From positions 25,668,001 through 25,732,000 of the forward strand of contig NC_082731.1 of NCBI RefSeq assembly GCF_030144855.1: a stretch of DNA of 64,000 nt, written 5' to 3'. A program made the position numbers and the translations under genes. The notes below the pieces were generated by a model. It had not been told where the DNA came from. It made no database searches and worked only from the letters and a program-made list of their open reading frames with translations. Shown in pieces: positions 25,986-38,709 of the stretch (position 1 is the stretch's first letter; the number at the start of each line of letters is the position of its first letter). This stretch comes from Hypanus sabinus. Taxonomy: Eukaryota.

Positions 25986-26437
25986 ATGGATGTCGTTCTT
26001 TCTGTCTGTCTTCTCTTGTCTTGTCTGGCAGGTATGTGTCCAGCGGCCTTTCACCTACCTGGTGGAGGCGGCTTTTCGGAGCATTGGAACTTATGTCATC
26101 ACAACATTTTATTAATTTCTACTCTTTTTTTATTGTCAGACGTGCTGTCCGACATCCTGCTGAAACAGCCGGACTCAGCAGTGGTAAAGCCCGGGGAGAC
26201 GCATAGACTGGCCTGTGCAACCAGTGGTTTCGATATAAACGACTACTACATGTCCTGGGTGAAACAGGTCTCTGGGAAAGGGCTAGAATCGTTGGTAAGT
26301 TATGATAGTGAATATACAAAATACTACGCGCCTGGAGTCGAGAGCCGGTTCACCGCTTCCAAGGAGAGCAGCAACTTTTATTTACAAATGAACGATCTGA
26401 GGCTGGACGACACGGCCACCTATTACTGTGCGCGAGC
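25986..26437 (+). CDS. IGHV: Intact IgW-like VH gene segment (VH3): leader 25986-26031, 108-nt intron 26032-26139, V exon 26140-26437
   Basis: MDVVLSVCLLLSCLADVLS/DILLKQPDSAVVKPGETHRLACATSGFDINDYYMSWVKQVSGKGLESLVSYDSEYTKYYAPGVESRFTASKESSNFYLQMNDLRLDDTATYYCAR; Cys23, Trp41 and Cys104 present; GT-AG intron; FR1 QP-SAV-KPG--H-L resembles shark IgW V. Confidence 0.93.
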
Positions 26438-26476
26438 CACAGTGAAAAAGACTGCGACTGGAACAAGTCAAAAACG
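26438..26476 (+). other. 23-bp-spacer RSS of VH3
   Basis: cacagtg-23-tcaaaaacg. Confidence 0.9.
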
Positions 26477-26934
26477 CACCGAGAGAACTTGCCCTTGGAA
26501 CGCTGAGGGAAAGGGCAAGAGTGATCACCGCAGCTCGATCCCAATATTTCTGGACAGGTGCGGTCGTGCACGCAAGGTAGGACATGTCGTGAGAGAGGAG
26601 GTTCTGGATGGATGGGCCAAGGGGTCCGCAGAATCACATCACACTGCAATTCTGAGTCAAGTGTCATTGTTACGGGGCCACCTATACGTGTACTTGATGG
26701 CGGGCCGGGCATTCGGCCAAATGCTACGAAACAACAAAAAACAACTAAATTGAGAAATTCGGGTATTTTTGCCGGCCGTTACACTGGGACCCATCGATTT
26801 GTTTCCGAGTGCATAATCTAGGGTTAAATAAAAGTTCCACTGGAGATTTGTTTGGAACCGATCGCTACAACCGAGGAACAGCTTAATGGATGTCCAGTGA
26901 AATATCCCGTTTGATCATATCCTCTATATGTCTG

Positions 26935-26987
26935 GACTGGGATGGCCCAGATCTAGACTCACTGCATGGGACACACAGGCACAGAAG
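26935..26987 (+). other. D-like segment Db (unit 3), decayed
   Basis: gactggg|ATGGCCCAGATCTAGACT|cactgca-12-gcacagaag; supported mainly by homology to the unit 1 and 2 copies. Confidence 0.35.
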
Positions 26988-27064
26988 TGAGGGGCCAGAA
27001 GGTTCATGTGTCCGCTGGCTGACACGAAGAATTCAACTTGTTTGGGGCTGGATGGGATGAAGGA

Positions 27065-27128
27065 GTTTTGCGAAGTACGATGAAGCACTGTGGTATGGAC
27101 CACGGCGGTGGTGAGCTGAACAGATTCT
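27065..27128 (+). other. D segment Dc (unit 3) with 12/12 RSS
   Basis: gttttgcga-12-cactgtg|GTATGGAC|cacggcg-12-acagattct. Confidence 0.55.
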
Positions 27129-27562
27129 GGGTCCGGACAAACGAGCAGCGCAGACAGTCTGCTTAATCTCCGTGTTAGTGCTTTCCAAAGTCAAATCACA
27201 GAAGCCTGATACACTGCTATGCAATATTGTCATTTCTGGGCAATGATAAGGCCAGATATGTTATACTGTGGTTCTTGGGCATGACGGAAACGGTGCCCGC
27301 AGATAGGAAAACACGAAAGGAGCTTCTCTATACCACTATTGGCCGGGAATTGCCAAGCTAGGTGTTTGGAGTAGGAATACAGTTCGGAGCTGTTGCCGGA
27401 CCGGAAAGGGATAATGTTCCAAAGTATTGAGATTATTGGATGCGACAGGCAAGTGAAGTTACTACGGTGGCTCAGTGGGGACATTGGCTGGTGTAACAAC
27501 TTTGCGAATTGTGCAGATAAAGCCACGTTGACAGTGAAGTCCAAATTCTGAATTCTATCGCA

Positions 27563-28140
27563 GAACCATAGAACATTAGAACATAGAAATAGGCCTTTTG
27601 GACCTTCTTAGCTGTTCAGAACCATTTTTCTGCCTAGTCCCACAGGTCTGCATTCTGGAACATATCCCTCCATACACATCTCATCCATCTACCTGTCCAA
27701 GTTGTTCTTAAATGTTCAAAGTGAGCACGCATTTACCACTTGATCTGGCAGCTTATTCTACACTCCCAACACTCTCTGTGTGAAGAACCCCCAAATAATG
27801 TTCCCTTTAAACTCTTCCCCTTTCACGCTTAACCCATGCCCTCTGGCTTTTTTCTCCCCTTACCTCAGTGGGAAAAAAGCCTGCTTGCAGTCACTCTATC
27901 TATATCCATCGCAATTGTATATACATCTATGAAATGTCCCCTCATTCCTCTACAATCCAGGGATTAAAGCCCTAACCTATTCAACTTTTCACTATAACTC
28001 AGGATCTCAAGTCCCGGCAACATTCTTGTAAACCTTCGCTGCACTCGTTCAATCTTATTAATATTCTTCTTCTAATTCGCTGACCACAACTGCACACAAT
28101 ACACCAAATTCTGCCTTACCAATGTATTATTTAAACTCAC
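27563..28140 (-). mobile_element. CR1 LINE 3' fragment
   Basis: (CATAGAA) tail followed by antisense CR1 3' UTR and ORF2 end. Confidence 0.8.
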
Positions 28141-28873
28141 CGCAACATATATATTCAATATCCTGACAGGTTTATATTTTATTAATTTAAGGTGTTGGCG
28201 AATTCGGTGCATCACATGAAATCAGTGAGATATTTGGAGCCCGTACATGAACCTCTCTGAACTAACTGGCTTTCGCTAGGGCCCAGTAACAGTATGAGGA
28301 TATATATCCCAGCTGACCAGTGAACTGTGCTCAAACCAGCAACAGGATGCAGGGTAATGTGGTCAGATCTTCAAACTTGGCTGTGCCTTGACACCAGACG
28401 ATTGTGCTGCCTGAGATCACTGTTTGCTTCAAATTTGGTTGACAATATTCAGCACCGACAGAATTCATGTTTAATGGCTGAGCTTTTCATTGAAGTTATA
28501 CTTAATCTATGTCAATGAGAACAATAGATTGGTTCAGTATCAAGTTACTGTGATCACTGTTTACTGGCCGCTGGTTTCACGGTGTATATAATCGGATGAT
28601 CTGAGTGAATGGTTAATAGCTCAATATCCCTAGGGTTCATTTAAGGGTCAGACTCATCATGTAATTTGCGCAGTATGGACCGTGACAGGATACAGCAGAC
28701 GTGTTGGCAATATCCCTGAATTAACCGTTCTAATGTGTTGTCCGCCTCCATCCCGACTGGATTTATTTAACACATGTTTTCCTTCATTTACAGTGTTACT
28801 GGTGATTTAGTAAAATTGATTGTTGGATAAATTGCTGACCTATACATAAGGCACTTCATGGAGCACATCACAG

Positions 28874-29200
28874 GTAGTAAGGATGTTACAATATACTGCC
28901 TGCTGTTGGGTAGAACATGTGGAGGCATTCTGCGCGCAACATCATGGTGACAACAATGAAACCATCTGCTCTGGTGGTGTTACAGAAGGAGAAATATTAA
29001 TCAAGACACAATGGCTATTGTTATCCAATATACAGGCACAAGGTTGGATTTATAGAGATGGAGAATACGGCAAAACATGAATTTAGAGGATTAGTGCAGA
29101 GACAAATTTGAACATTCCACGGATACTACCGAAACAAAACTATCAATTTTAAACTCTGTCAATAATGATCTGCAATAGATTTTGATCTGCTCTGCGAAGT
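28874..29200 (+). pseudogene. Possible highly decayed TCR-like V exon
   Basis: Joining frames by eye gives ...EHVEAFC AQHHGDNN..LLW..YRRR...QWLLL...DKFEHSTDTTETKLSILNSV.NDSAI-F-CSAK; several frameshifts are needed and no RSS was found. Confidence 0.25.
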
Positions 29201-29789
29201 ATAACATCTAAATAATTTGCATTTTCTTAAAGTCTTGTAATTAAAATGATGAACTTTCAGTTTTACTGATGTCCCTCAAGGAAGGGGATCTCTCAATCTT
29301 ACCCTTCGAGATTGTTTATGATTACTGCATCATTAATATTTTTGCCTCCAAATACCCTACCCTCTGAGTGGTAACACAATCTACTTTACCAGCCACGCCC
29401 AGATGCCATATTATATATAAATAATATTACCCTCCTGTTGTTCATACTATTGGATATTTTATCCACTTACTACAATACTGACTGAAATCAGGCCGTTTCA
29501 CCGGACTTGATGATTCCCCATCGATCATTTTCTACAAATAACCAAATGCTATCTCATTACAAATTTACTCTAAGCTGAAACAGCCAGATCCGGATATCCT
29601 CTCCACCCCAGCGGCCTCTAAAACATCTATCTCCAATCACACCCCCTTGCACAGCGGCACACTGCTGATCTGCCTTGCGCAGCTCCACTCTTCACCCCAG
29701 CACCCTGCGGTCAGTTTGATGGGTGTTTTGTGTAGAATAATTCTGATCTAGACAGATGACACAATTGTGGCTAGCAAGAGAAGCGAACA

Positions 29790-30620
29790 TAAAGCCAGAG
29801 GTTGGGAATGTAATAGAAAAAAATTATGGTGAAGTTAGAGGATTAGAAAGATTTTCAAATACTAACAGAAGGCAACTAAAAAGCTACGAAGCTGTTATAA
29901 ATGGAATGCAAAATTATGCTAACCAAAATATGAAACAGCACACGTTTCTTCATATAGCGAATGTGTAAAGAGTGCCCTCTGGAAAACAATGCGAGAGAGG
30001 TAGTAATTGAGGAAAGCGAAATGGCGGACAAAATGGAAAAACATTTTGCATTAGTCTTCTCTGTGGAAGATACCAGCAGAATGGTGGATGTTCCAAGGAA
30101 AATGAAGTGTGTGAATTTACCATAATCAGTGAGGAGGTTCTTGGGATACTCAAAGTGTTGATGGTAATTGGATTGCCTGGACAAGAAGGCATACATGCCA
30201 GAGTTCTTAAAAAAGATTGCTGAAGAGATTCTGGAGGGACACCGTGGGAATAAAGTGAGCCTTTTTTGGCTGGCTGCCGGTGACTAGTGTCATTTCAGAG
30301 GGATTTGAGTTGGAACGGATTCTCTTTATTTGTCAATGAGTTAGATAATGAAATTTATGGTTTTGATGAAATGTCTGCAGTAGATATGAAGGTACATGGA
30401 GGAGCAGGAAGTATGAGGAAGTAGAGGGGCTACAGCAGGATTAGAAGAATGGGAAGAAAAATTACAGGTGTAATATAGTGTTGGGAACTGTATCATCATG
30501 CACTTTGCTCGAAGAATTGAAAGGACTGATTATTTTCTAAATGGGAATAAAATACAAAAAAACAACGCGAGTTGCAAAGGGACTTCTGATTCCCTGTGCG
30601 GGTTTATTTAAAATTGCATT
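29790..30620 (+). mobile_element. Decayed CR1 ORF2 fragment
   Basis: Nucleotide similarity to the CR1 at 32900-34500 (FALVFSVED, PG---IH-RVLK remnants). Confidence 0.7.
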
Positions 30621-30779
30621 TGCAGGTTCCCAATGTTGTTATGACCGAGGTGGTAGTGGGTTCTAGCCCCCACTTCCTATGAAGTACTCCAATTCGCATG
30701 CAACACACAGCAATCCGGCAACGGAGTAAGTCGACATTTCCTCGGGAAAAAGTTCAGTTTTTTTTTCAAACTACTTGGG

Positions 30780-33700
30780 ATAAAAAGAGGCACGACTGCG
30801 CATGCGCGTGATCTCAGAAAGTGGAAGATTTGAAAACAACACCGCCATATCCAGCGGGCAGCGGAGTGAACTGGTACAGAGTGATAGGGCATTGGCTCAA
30901 CGGGCCTAGGCGGAAACGGGAAGAGGCTTTCTGCGACCGTTGAGTCTTACAATTAAGTGGTAGATTACAGGTTTATTTATTAAGAGCTAACAGTAGATTT
31001 AGTGGTATGAATTTAGGTTTAGTGTTGTGCCTGGCCTTCCAGATGTGGGAACCTTGGGAGACTCCCAGCCCCCATCTTCTCCAGATGCAATAAGATGAAG
31101 CTCCTTAGGGATCGTGTGAGGGATCTGGAGCAACAACTTGATGACCTTCAGCTAATTAGAGAAAGTGAGGAGGTGATCGACAGTACCTACAAGGAGATAG
31201 AGGACAGCACCTCTGTGACAGTCCTCCTCAGGAATCGATATATAGTTTTAGATACTGTTGGAGGGTTGACCAGACAGTAGAAAACAACAACGAAGAGGAC
31301 TCTGGCACTCTGCGTAGTGCCGTGATCAAGATATCAAGACATGTAGTCGTTATAGGGGATTTCATCGTGAGAGGAACAGACAATAGATAAGAGAGACAGA
31401 CAAGGATACCGGAATGGTGTGTTGCCTCCCTGGTGCCAGGGTACGGGATATCTCAGATCGTGTCCAGAGTTTTCCGACGAGAGAGGGCGAGCAACCAGAA
31501 ATCTTGGTACATGTTGGTACAAATGAGCTGGACAGAAAAAGAGAGGAGGTCCTGAAGGAAGATTACTGGGAGCTAAGAAGAACATTGAAAAGCCGAGCCT
31601 CCAGAGTAATAATCTCAGGTTTACTGCCTTAGCCACGAGCTAACGATGGTAAAAATAGCAGAATTAAACAGATGAATGTGTGGCTAAGTAACTGGTGCAG
31701 GGGGTAGGGCTTCAAATTCGTATATCTATTTTGGAGGAGGCATGACTTATAAAGAAACGATTGGTTACACCGGAACTCAAAGGGTATTAATATCGTGGCG
31801 TTATTGTTTAATATAGCTGTTAGGGAGTGTTTAAACTAACTTGGCAAGGGGAAGGAAACCAGTATGTTAGAGTCGAGGAAGAGGAAAATAGCAATAAGTC
31901 AAGGATACAGTGCAGTAAAGCTGGCAAGAATGTCAAGCAGGTGAATAGACAGGATAATTTGCTGTGAGATCAAAATATAGCAAAATCAGTAACAGATACT
32001 GATCTAAGTGTACTATACTTAAATGCCCGCAGTATTAGAAATACAGTGGATGACCTTGTTTTACAACTACGCGTTAAAAGATATGACATAGTGGCCATCA
32101 CTGAATCATGGCTAAATGATGGATGTGATTGGGAGCTAAATGTGCAAGGATACACCGTATATTGGAAAGAAAGGAATGTAGGTAAAGGGAGTGGTGTGAC
32201 CCTGATGGTAAGAAATGATATCAAATCACTAGAAAGAAGGGGCAGAGGATCAGAAAAAGTAGAATACCTATGGGTCGAGTTAAGAAATGGCAAGGGTAAA
32301 AAGACACTAATAGCAGTTATATACAGGCCTCCAAAGAGCAACCGGGATGTGAAGTACAAGTTACAGCTTGAAATAGAAAAAACGTGTTAGAAGGAAAAAG
32401 TCCAGTTAATTATGGGAGTTTTTAATATGAATGTGAATTGGGAAAGTAAAGAAGATACTGGATCTCAGGAGACGGAGTCTGTCGAATGCCTAATGGATGG
32501 CTTCCTGGAGCAGTTTGTCCATAAGCTCACCAGGGGATCAGCTGTTTTGGATTGGGTGCTCTGTAATGAGCCTGAGGGGATTAGGGAGCAAGGGGTAATG
32601 GAGCCCCTTGGAAATAGTGATCATAATATGATCGAGTTCAGTTTCAAATTTGAAAAGGAGAAGCTGTTATTAGGTGTATCATTATTTCAGTGGAACAAAG
32701 GAAATTACAGTGGTATGAGAGAGGAACTGGCCAAATTTGAATGGAAAAGTTTGTTAAATGGAGGGACAGTAGAGCAGAATTGGATTAAATTCCTACAAGA
32801 AAGAAGGAAATAGCAAGAAAAATATATTCCAAGAAAAAATGAAAATCATAAAAAGAAAAGTGACAAAAATGTGGCTAACGAGAGAAGTTAAGGCTAAAAT
32901 AAATGCAAAAGCGGCAGCGTATAAGGAAGCAAACATTAGTGGGAAAACTGAGACGAATTTTAAAAATATTGCAGAAGGAAGCTTAAGAAAGTTATTAGGA
33001 AAGAAAAGATGATTCATTAAAGGAAATTGGCAATTAACATAAAAAGGACACTAAGATTTTTTTTTATTATATGAAGACTAAAAGAGTGACGAGGTTAGAT
33101 ACAGGACCTATTGAAAAGGATGCTGGAGAAATTATAATGGGTAACAAAGAGATGGCAAAGGAACTAAATGAGTACGTTGCATCAGTCTTCACAGTGGAAG
33201 ACATTAGCAACATACCTGATAGCCAGAGGTCTCAGGGAATAGAATTAGGTACAGTCAAAATTACAAGAGAGAAAGTGCTTCAGAAGCTAAATGGACTAAA
33301 AGGATAGACAAGTCCTCCCGGACCGGATGATGTGCATCCACGGGTTCTGAAGGAAGTGGCTTTGGAGATTGCGGAGACATTGTAAATAATCTTCCAGGAA
33401 TCAGTAGACTCTGACACGATTCCAGAAGACTGGAAGGTCGCAAATGTAGTTCCGTTGTTTAAGAAAGGGTGGGCAGCAAAAAGAAAATTACAGACCTATT
33501 AGTCTGACGTTGGTAGTTGGAAAATTATTGGAGTCAATCCTCAAGGGCGAGATTATGAATTACCTTGAGGTGCATGACAAAATAGGCCCATGCCAAAATG
33601 GTTCATGAAGGGAAAATATTGCCTCACCAACCTTTTGGAACTTTTCTAGTTAATCTCGAATAACATTGACAAGGGAGAGACTGTGGATGTTGTGTATCTG

Positions 33701-35240
33701 GATTTTCAAAAGGCCTTTGATAAGGTGCCGCATAACAGTCTGCTTAATAAGATGAAGGCCAATGGAATTACAAGAAGGATATTGGAATGGGTGGAGTTTT
33801 GGCTGATAGGCAGAAAGCAAAGAGTGAGAATAGAGGGATCCCATTTTGGTTGGTTGCCGGTTAGTGGTGGTGTTCTGCAGGTGTCGGTGTTGGTGCCTCT
33901 TCTTTTTAGACTGTATATCGATGATTTAGATTATGGATTAATTGGTTTTGTGGCTAAGTTTGCGGATGACACCAAGATAGATAGGGTGGATAGTCAGTAG
34001 CTGTTTCCCAGGGAACCAATAACAAACACCAGAGGGCATATGTATAAAATTAAGGGAGGGAAGTTTAAGGGAGACATCAGGGATAAGTATTTTTTAAACA
34101 GAGGTTTGTGAGTGCATGAAATGACTTGCCAGTGATAGAAGTGGTTGCGGCTAAAGCATTAAGGGTATTTAAGAGCGTCTTGGACAGGCACGTGGATGAA
34201 AGTAAAATGGAGGGTTATGGGGTAGTGTGGGTTTAGTAATTTCTTTTAAGGATTATATGGGTTGGCACAACATGGAGGGCTGAAGGGCCTGTACTGTGCT
34301 GTAGTGTTCTATGCTTCTATAGGTGGAGGAGCAGGAAGTGTTGAAGAAACGGAAAGGCTGCAGAGAGACTTGGTCAGTTTAAGAGAGTGGGAAAAGAAAT
34401 AGCAGATGTGATACACTGTTTTGAAATGCACGGTTGTACATTTTGGAAGAAGAAATAAGCGGGAAAATTATTATTTGGGTGGGGAGAAAATTCAAAAATC
34501 AAAAGTGCAAAGGGACTTGGGGGTCGTAGTGTCGGATACACTACAGGTTAACCATAAAGTTGGATTGGCAGAAAGAAAAGCGAATGCTATCTTGGCGTTC
34601 ATTTCAAGAGGAATAGTGTATAAGAGTAAGGAGGTTTTGATGTGGCTCTATGGGGCGCTGGTAAGACCCCATTTAGAATACTGTGTGCAGTTTTGGGCCC
34701 CCTATCTTAGAAAGCACGAGCTGATGTTGGAGAGAGTTCAGAGAAGATTCACGAGGATGATAACTGGAATGCAGGGACTAACATGTGAGGAGCGTTTGTC
34801 GGCTCTTGGACTGTATTCATCAGAGTATAGACGAATGATAGGGGATCTCATAGAAACATTTCGAACGTTGAAAGGGTTGGACAGAGTAGATGAAGGAAAG
34901 ACTGTGTCCCTTGGTGGGTGAGTCCAGGACAACAGGTTGCAGTCTTAGGATTAGAGGGTACCATTTAAAACAGAGATGAGGAGATTTTTTTTTTTTTGCC
35001 AGATCGTCGTGGATTTATGGAATTCGTCGCAACTTGCAGCTGTGGAGGCCCTTTTATTAGGGTGTTTATGTAGCATATTGACAGGTATCTAATTAGTCAG
35101 GGTATCAAGGGATATGTGGGAAAGAGCCGGAAATTAGAAGTAGACGGGAAAATAGTTTAGCTCATGGTGGAGTGGCGCAGCAGACTCGATGGACCGAATG
35201 GCCTACTTCTGCTCCTTTGTCTTGTGATCTTGTTACTCTA
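30780..35240 (+). mobile_element. Near-full-length but disrupted CR1 LINE (ORF1 coiled-coil and esterase; ORF2 endonuclease and RT)
   Basis: ORFs 31095 (LEQQLDDL), 31414 (VHVGTN...VIISGLLP), 32046 (IVAITESWL, VIYRPP), 33683 (DVVYLDFQKAFDKVPH, FADDTKI) and 34421; many stops and frameshifts. Confidence 0.92.
33981..34318 (+). mobile_element. LINE 3' fragment nested in the CR1 RT
   Basis: Splits DDTKI|GG; ATAG present on both sides (33977-33980 and 34319-34322). Confidence 0.75.
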
Positions 35241-35259
35241 ACAGCCTCTGGATCTGGAA

Positions 35260-35740
35260 GCATTGGAAAGGGTACGGAGGAGATTTACCAGGATGCTGCC
35301 TGGTTTGAAGAGTATGGTTTACGATCAGAGACTAAGAGAGCTAGGGTTTTACTCTTTGGAGAGAAGGGGGATGAGAGAAGACATGATAGAGGTGTACAAG
35401 ATATTAAGAGGAATAGACAGAGTGGACAGCCAGTGCGTCTTCCCCAGGGCACCACTGCTCAGTACAAGAGGACATGGCTTTAAGGTAAGGGGAGTGAAGT
35501 TGAAGGGAGATATTAGAGGACGGTTATTTTCACTCAGAGTGTGGTTGGCGCGTGGAATGCATTGCCTGAGTCAGTGGTAGAGGCAGATAAACTAGTGAAG
35601 TTTAAGAGAATACTAGACAGGTGTATGGAGGAATTTAAGGTGGGGGGTTAAATGGGAGGCAGGATTTGATGGTCGGTACAACATTGTGGGCCGAAGGGCC
35701 TGTGATGTGCTCTACTATTCTATATTCTATGTTCTATCTT
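35260..35740 (+). mobile_element. 5'-truncated CR1 3' end
   Basis: ERVRRRFTRMLPGLKSMVYDQRLRELGFYSLERRG; ends in a (TTCTA) tail. Confidence 0.85.
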
Positions 35741-35749
35741 CTAAGATGG

Positions 35750-36140
35750 ACAAGTCCAAATCTCGGTTTGCTCGTGTGGCTTAGCTACTAGGCCCGGCGG
35801 AACTGTTTCTACTAACAGTAGAAGGGGCAAAGTTGGACCAATTGCGACTCAAAACAAATTAGTGTATGTAGTAGAGGTACGTCAGCCTTGGAACGGCAGC
35901 CCTCCTAGAAGAGGAAAACTCTGATTTTAAACCTTCGCTGCTTTGCGGCCATACCCACTCGTAAAAACTTCAGAAGTAAACGCCAAGGGTGAAATTCGGC
36001 GTTGGGTTCGCTCAGGCAGTCTGGTCTTGTTTATAATTTCAGTCTCTGCGACGACATTGGAGCAAACTGTATCAGCTTGTCCTTCACTTGGACATCAGTG
36101 ACGTCGAGAGGGGAACCAGCTACATGGCCGGTTCTTCAAA
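35750..36140. mobile_element. Short interspersed repeat, unclassified
   Basis: Sequence style of a common elasmobranch interspersed repeat; not classifiable by eye. Confidence 0.3.
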
Positions 36141-36229
36141 TCTTCCCGCCTAGTTTTGCGTCCAATAGAGTACACAGTCGACCAGAGACGCAAACCCATG
36201 ATGCTTCTTGATCGAAGGCTACGTACTAA

Positions 36230-36960
36230 GTTGCAGGTTGAGTCTGTGGAGAGGGAGGCAAATTTAATGTTAGCATTCATTTCAAGTGAAACAGTATGTA
36301 ACTAAATCGAAGTAAAGTTGAAACTTTATAAAACACTCGTGAAGCCTCACTTAGAATATGGTGAGCACCCTTCCGTCCGATATCTTACAATGGATGAGCC
36401 GAAAACGAAGAGGAATCAAATGGGACTCACGAAAATGAATACAAAACTGAATGGCATGTCATATGTAGAGAGTTTGATGGCTGTGGATCTGTATTCACTA
36501 GAATTTTATCGAATGAGGAGGGACCTTATTGGAGCCTACACAATGGAGAAAAGCCTTGATAAAGTAGATCTGAAGAAGATGTTTCCTCTGGTGACCAGAG
36601 GGCAGAGCCTCAGAATAGAAGGTCTTCCTGTTAGAACGGAAAAGAGGAGGTGTTTCTTTAGTACGTATGTATGTATTTACTTCATTATCTGTTTCTTTGT
36701 TTGTTTGTTCGTTTGCTTGCTTGTTTGCTTACTTGTTTATTTATTTAATACATATTCTGTGGTGAATCGCTCGAATTCTTTGCCACAGGCAGATGTGGAG
36801 TTCATTTTTTAAAGTATATTTTAGGCTGAGTTTGAACATTTTTGATTGGTCGGGGCATGAAGTGATAAAGGGAGAAGGTAGTAGATTGGGGAAGAGAGGA
36901 AAATTCGATCAGCCATAACAAACAGTCGGAGCAGCCTATTTGCTCCATATCGCCGAATTT
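36230..36960 (+). mobile_element. Decayed CR1 3' fragment with an internal (GTTT/GCTT)n tract
   Basis: ORF 36318: LYKTLVKPHLEY...LYSLEFYRMRRDLI. Confidence 0.8.
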
Positions 36961-38709
36961 TGTGCCTGTTACCTATGGCATTATATATATGAAATGTTTA
37001 TTCGATTGCATTTTGAGTCACATTTTATTCGTCACATTTTAGAAAGGATGTGAGGCTTTCGATATGGCACAGGAATGGTTTCTGATATGTTATCTAGATT
37101 CGAGTGTATGAGCGGAGTTTTATCTTGAACAGTGCAGGCTGATGGCCCACCTGGTAGAATATATAAAATGAGAGAAAATGATAGGGGAAATATTCAGAGT
37201 GTTTATTCCAAGGTGAAACCACAAAATCTTCGGCCACACAGATGTATGATGAGAGGAAGGTTACCAAACGTGTTACATGAGACATTAAAAAATGCGGAAA
37301 GTGTAAAGTAACTGAAAATTTTAGAGAAATTGTGGAAGCAAATACGATGGCGTCTTTCAAGAGACTATTAAAAACATCATTCATCATGCAGGGACTGGTG
37401 GGGGAATGTAGGCAGATATGCTGTTTAAATATAGCATGAAGATTGCGACGGCTTTGGGAGGGTCTGAATGTGCTCTGTCTATACTTTTCTATGTTCTGTG
37501 TACTTAACTGCACCTCATTGCTTAAATATGAGGCTACTAAGCTGAGGAGGCTTTGTCCATAGAATGAAATGTTCGAGTTCTTATCGCCACCTGGAAAAAA
37601 CTCGTTATCATAACAAAATAACAATGCAGTTCCTGGAAATTCACAAGTAAACCTAGAAATACTCACCGGATCAGAACGTATTAATGGCAATAGAGAAACT
37701 TGATTCAATATTTCATTTCAAGGAGCTGTCTTGAGAAGTCGGAACGAGTCAAAATAAGATTTAAAGAAAAACGGGATGGTGGGAGGTGGGGTTAAACCCG
37801 GTTGACCGTAGACATAACCTGTAAAAATGGGTGTCTTGTAAAAAGGTTTATATGTACAGATAGAGTGTAAAAGCACGAACAAATGGACATTTTAATAACC
37901 TTCCAATAACCAAGTGCAGAGTGGGAAGATATTCCGTGTAAGCGGGGATTCCTATGGACTCAACTTTCCGATAAATAGATGAAAATAAGAGAAAATTGCA
38001 CAACAATTTCGGAGAGTGAACGATGGAGTAGAATGTATCATGCATTTCCGGAAATAGAACCTTGAATTCAAGACAATGTAGTGGTTCTGTATTTCATGTT
38101 GGTCATATAAATTTGTTCATCGAAATTATTGGGTCTAGTTCAGATTTGTTCACGAGTAACAATCACCAATCAATGGGCGTTGTGTTCGAATGAACGAGCG
38201 CCAATGGAGATTAGGATAGTAACTCTTTTAAGGCAGACAATATTTTCCATAAGTCAGCATTCTACCTTTGCTGAGTAATTTCGAAATCGAGGAAGCACCT
38301 CAGATTTCGTGTTCCGACGTGCAGTATTGGGATCTGCAGAAATGTAAATCCTGGGAATATCGTTGCTTTTGCGAATTCTGCTCCGCCATTCGACTGCAAG
38401 GCATTAGTAGGCAATGAAGAAGCCAGGGCAGAATTCGTTATCCCTCTATGCGTTTAGTAAACCGAACGAGATTCGGAAATTCGGGTTAAATCGACCATGG
38501 AAATTCTAGCATACATTAAGGGCGGTGATGCCTACATCCATACGATGCCCTAGTCTCTTAAAAGATTTTTCACTGTAATTGATTCCGGACAACTACTTTC
38601 AGCGTCTCTTCTGTAGTTTTGATTTCGTTCAGCAACAATCATATGAAACACTTCAGGCCGTTTTCACTGCTTGAAAGCGCTATGTATATGGTCATGTGAC
38701 TGTAAGAAA

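Noticed and set aside
26445-26753. C-terminal extension of the 259-aa ORF beyond YYCAR
   Set aside because: Read-through of the RSS and V-D spacer in unrearranged germline DNA, not a protein domain.
37094-37708. 204-aa minus-strand ORF with a C1-set-like LLFC---FFPG motif
   Set aside because: No second Cys or Trp spacing; the C-terminal part is antisense LINE tail; wrong orientation relative to V-D-J.
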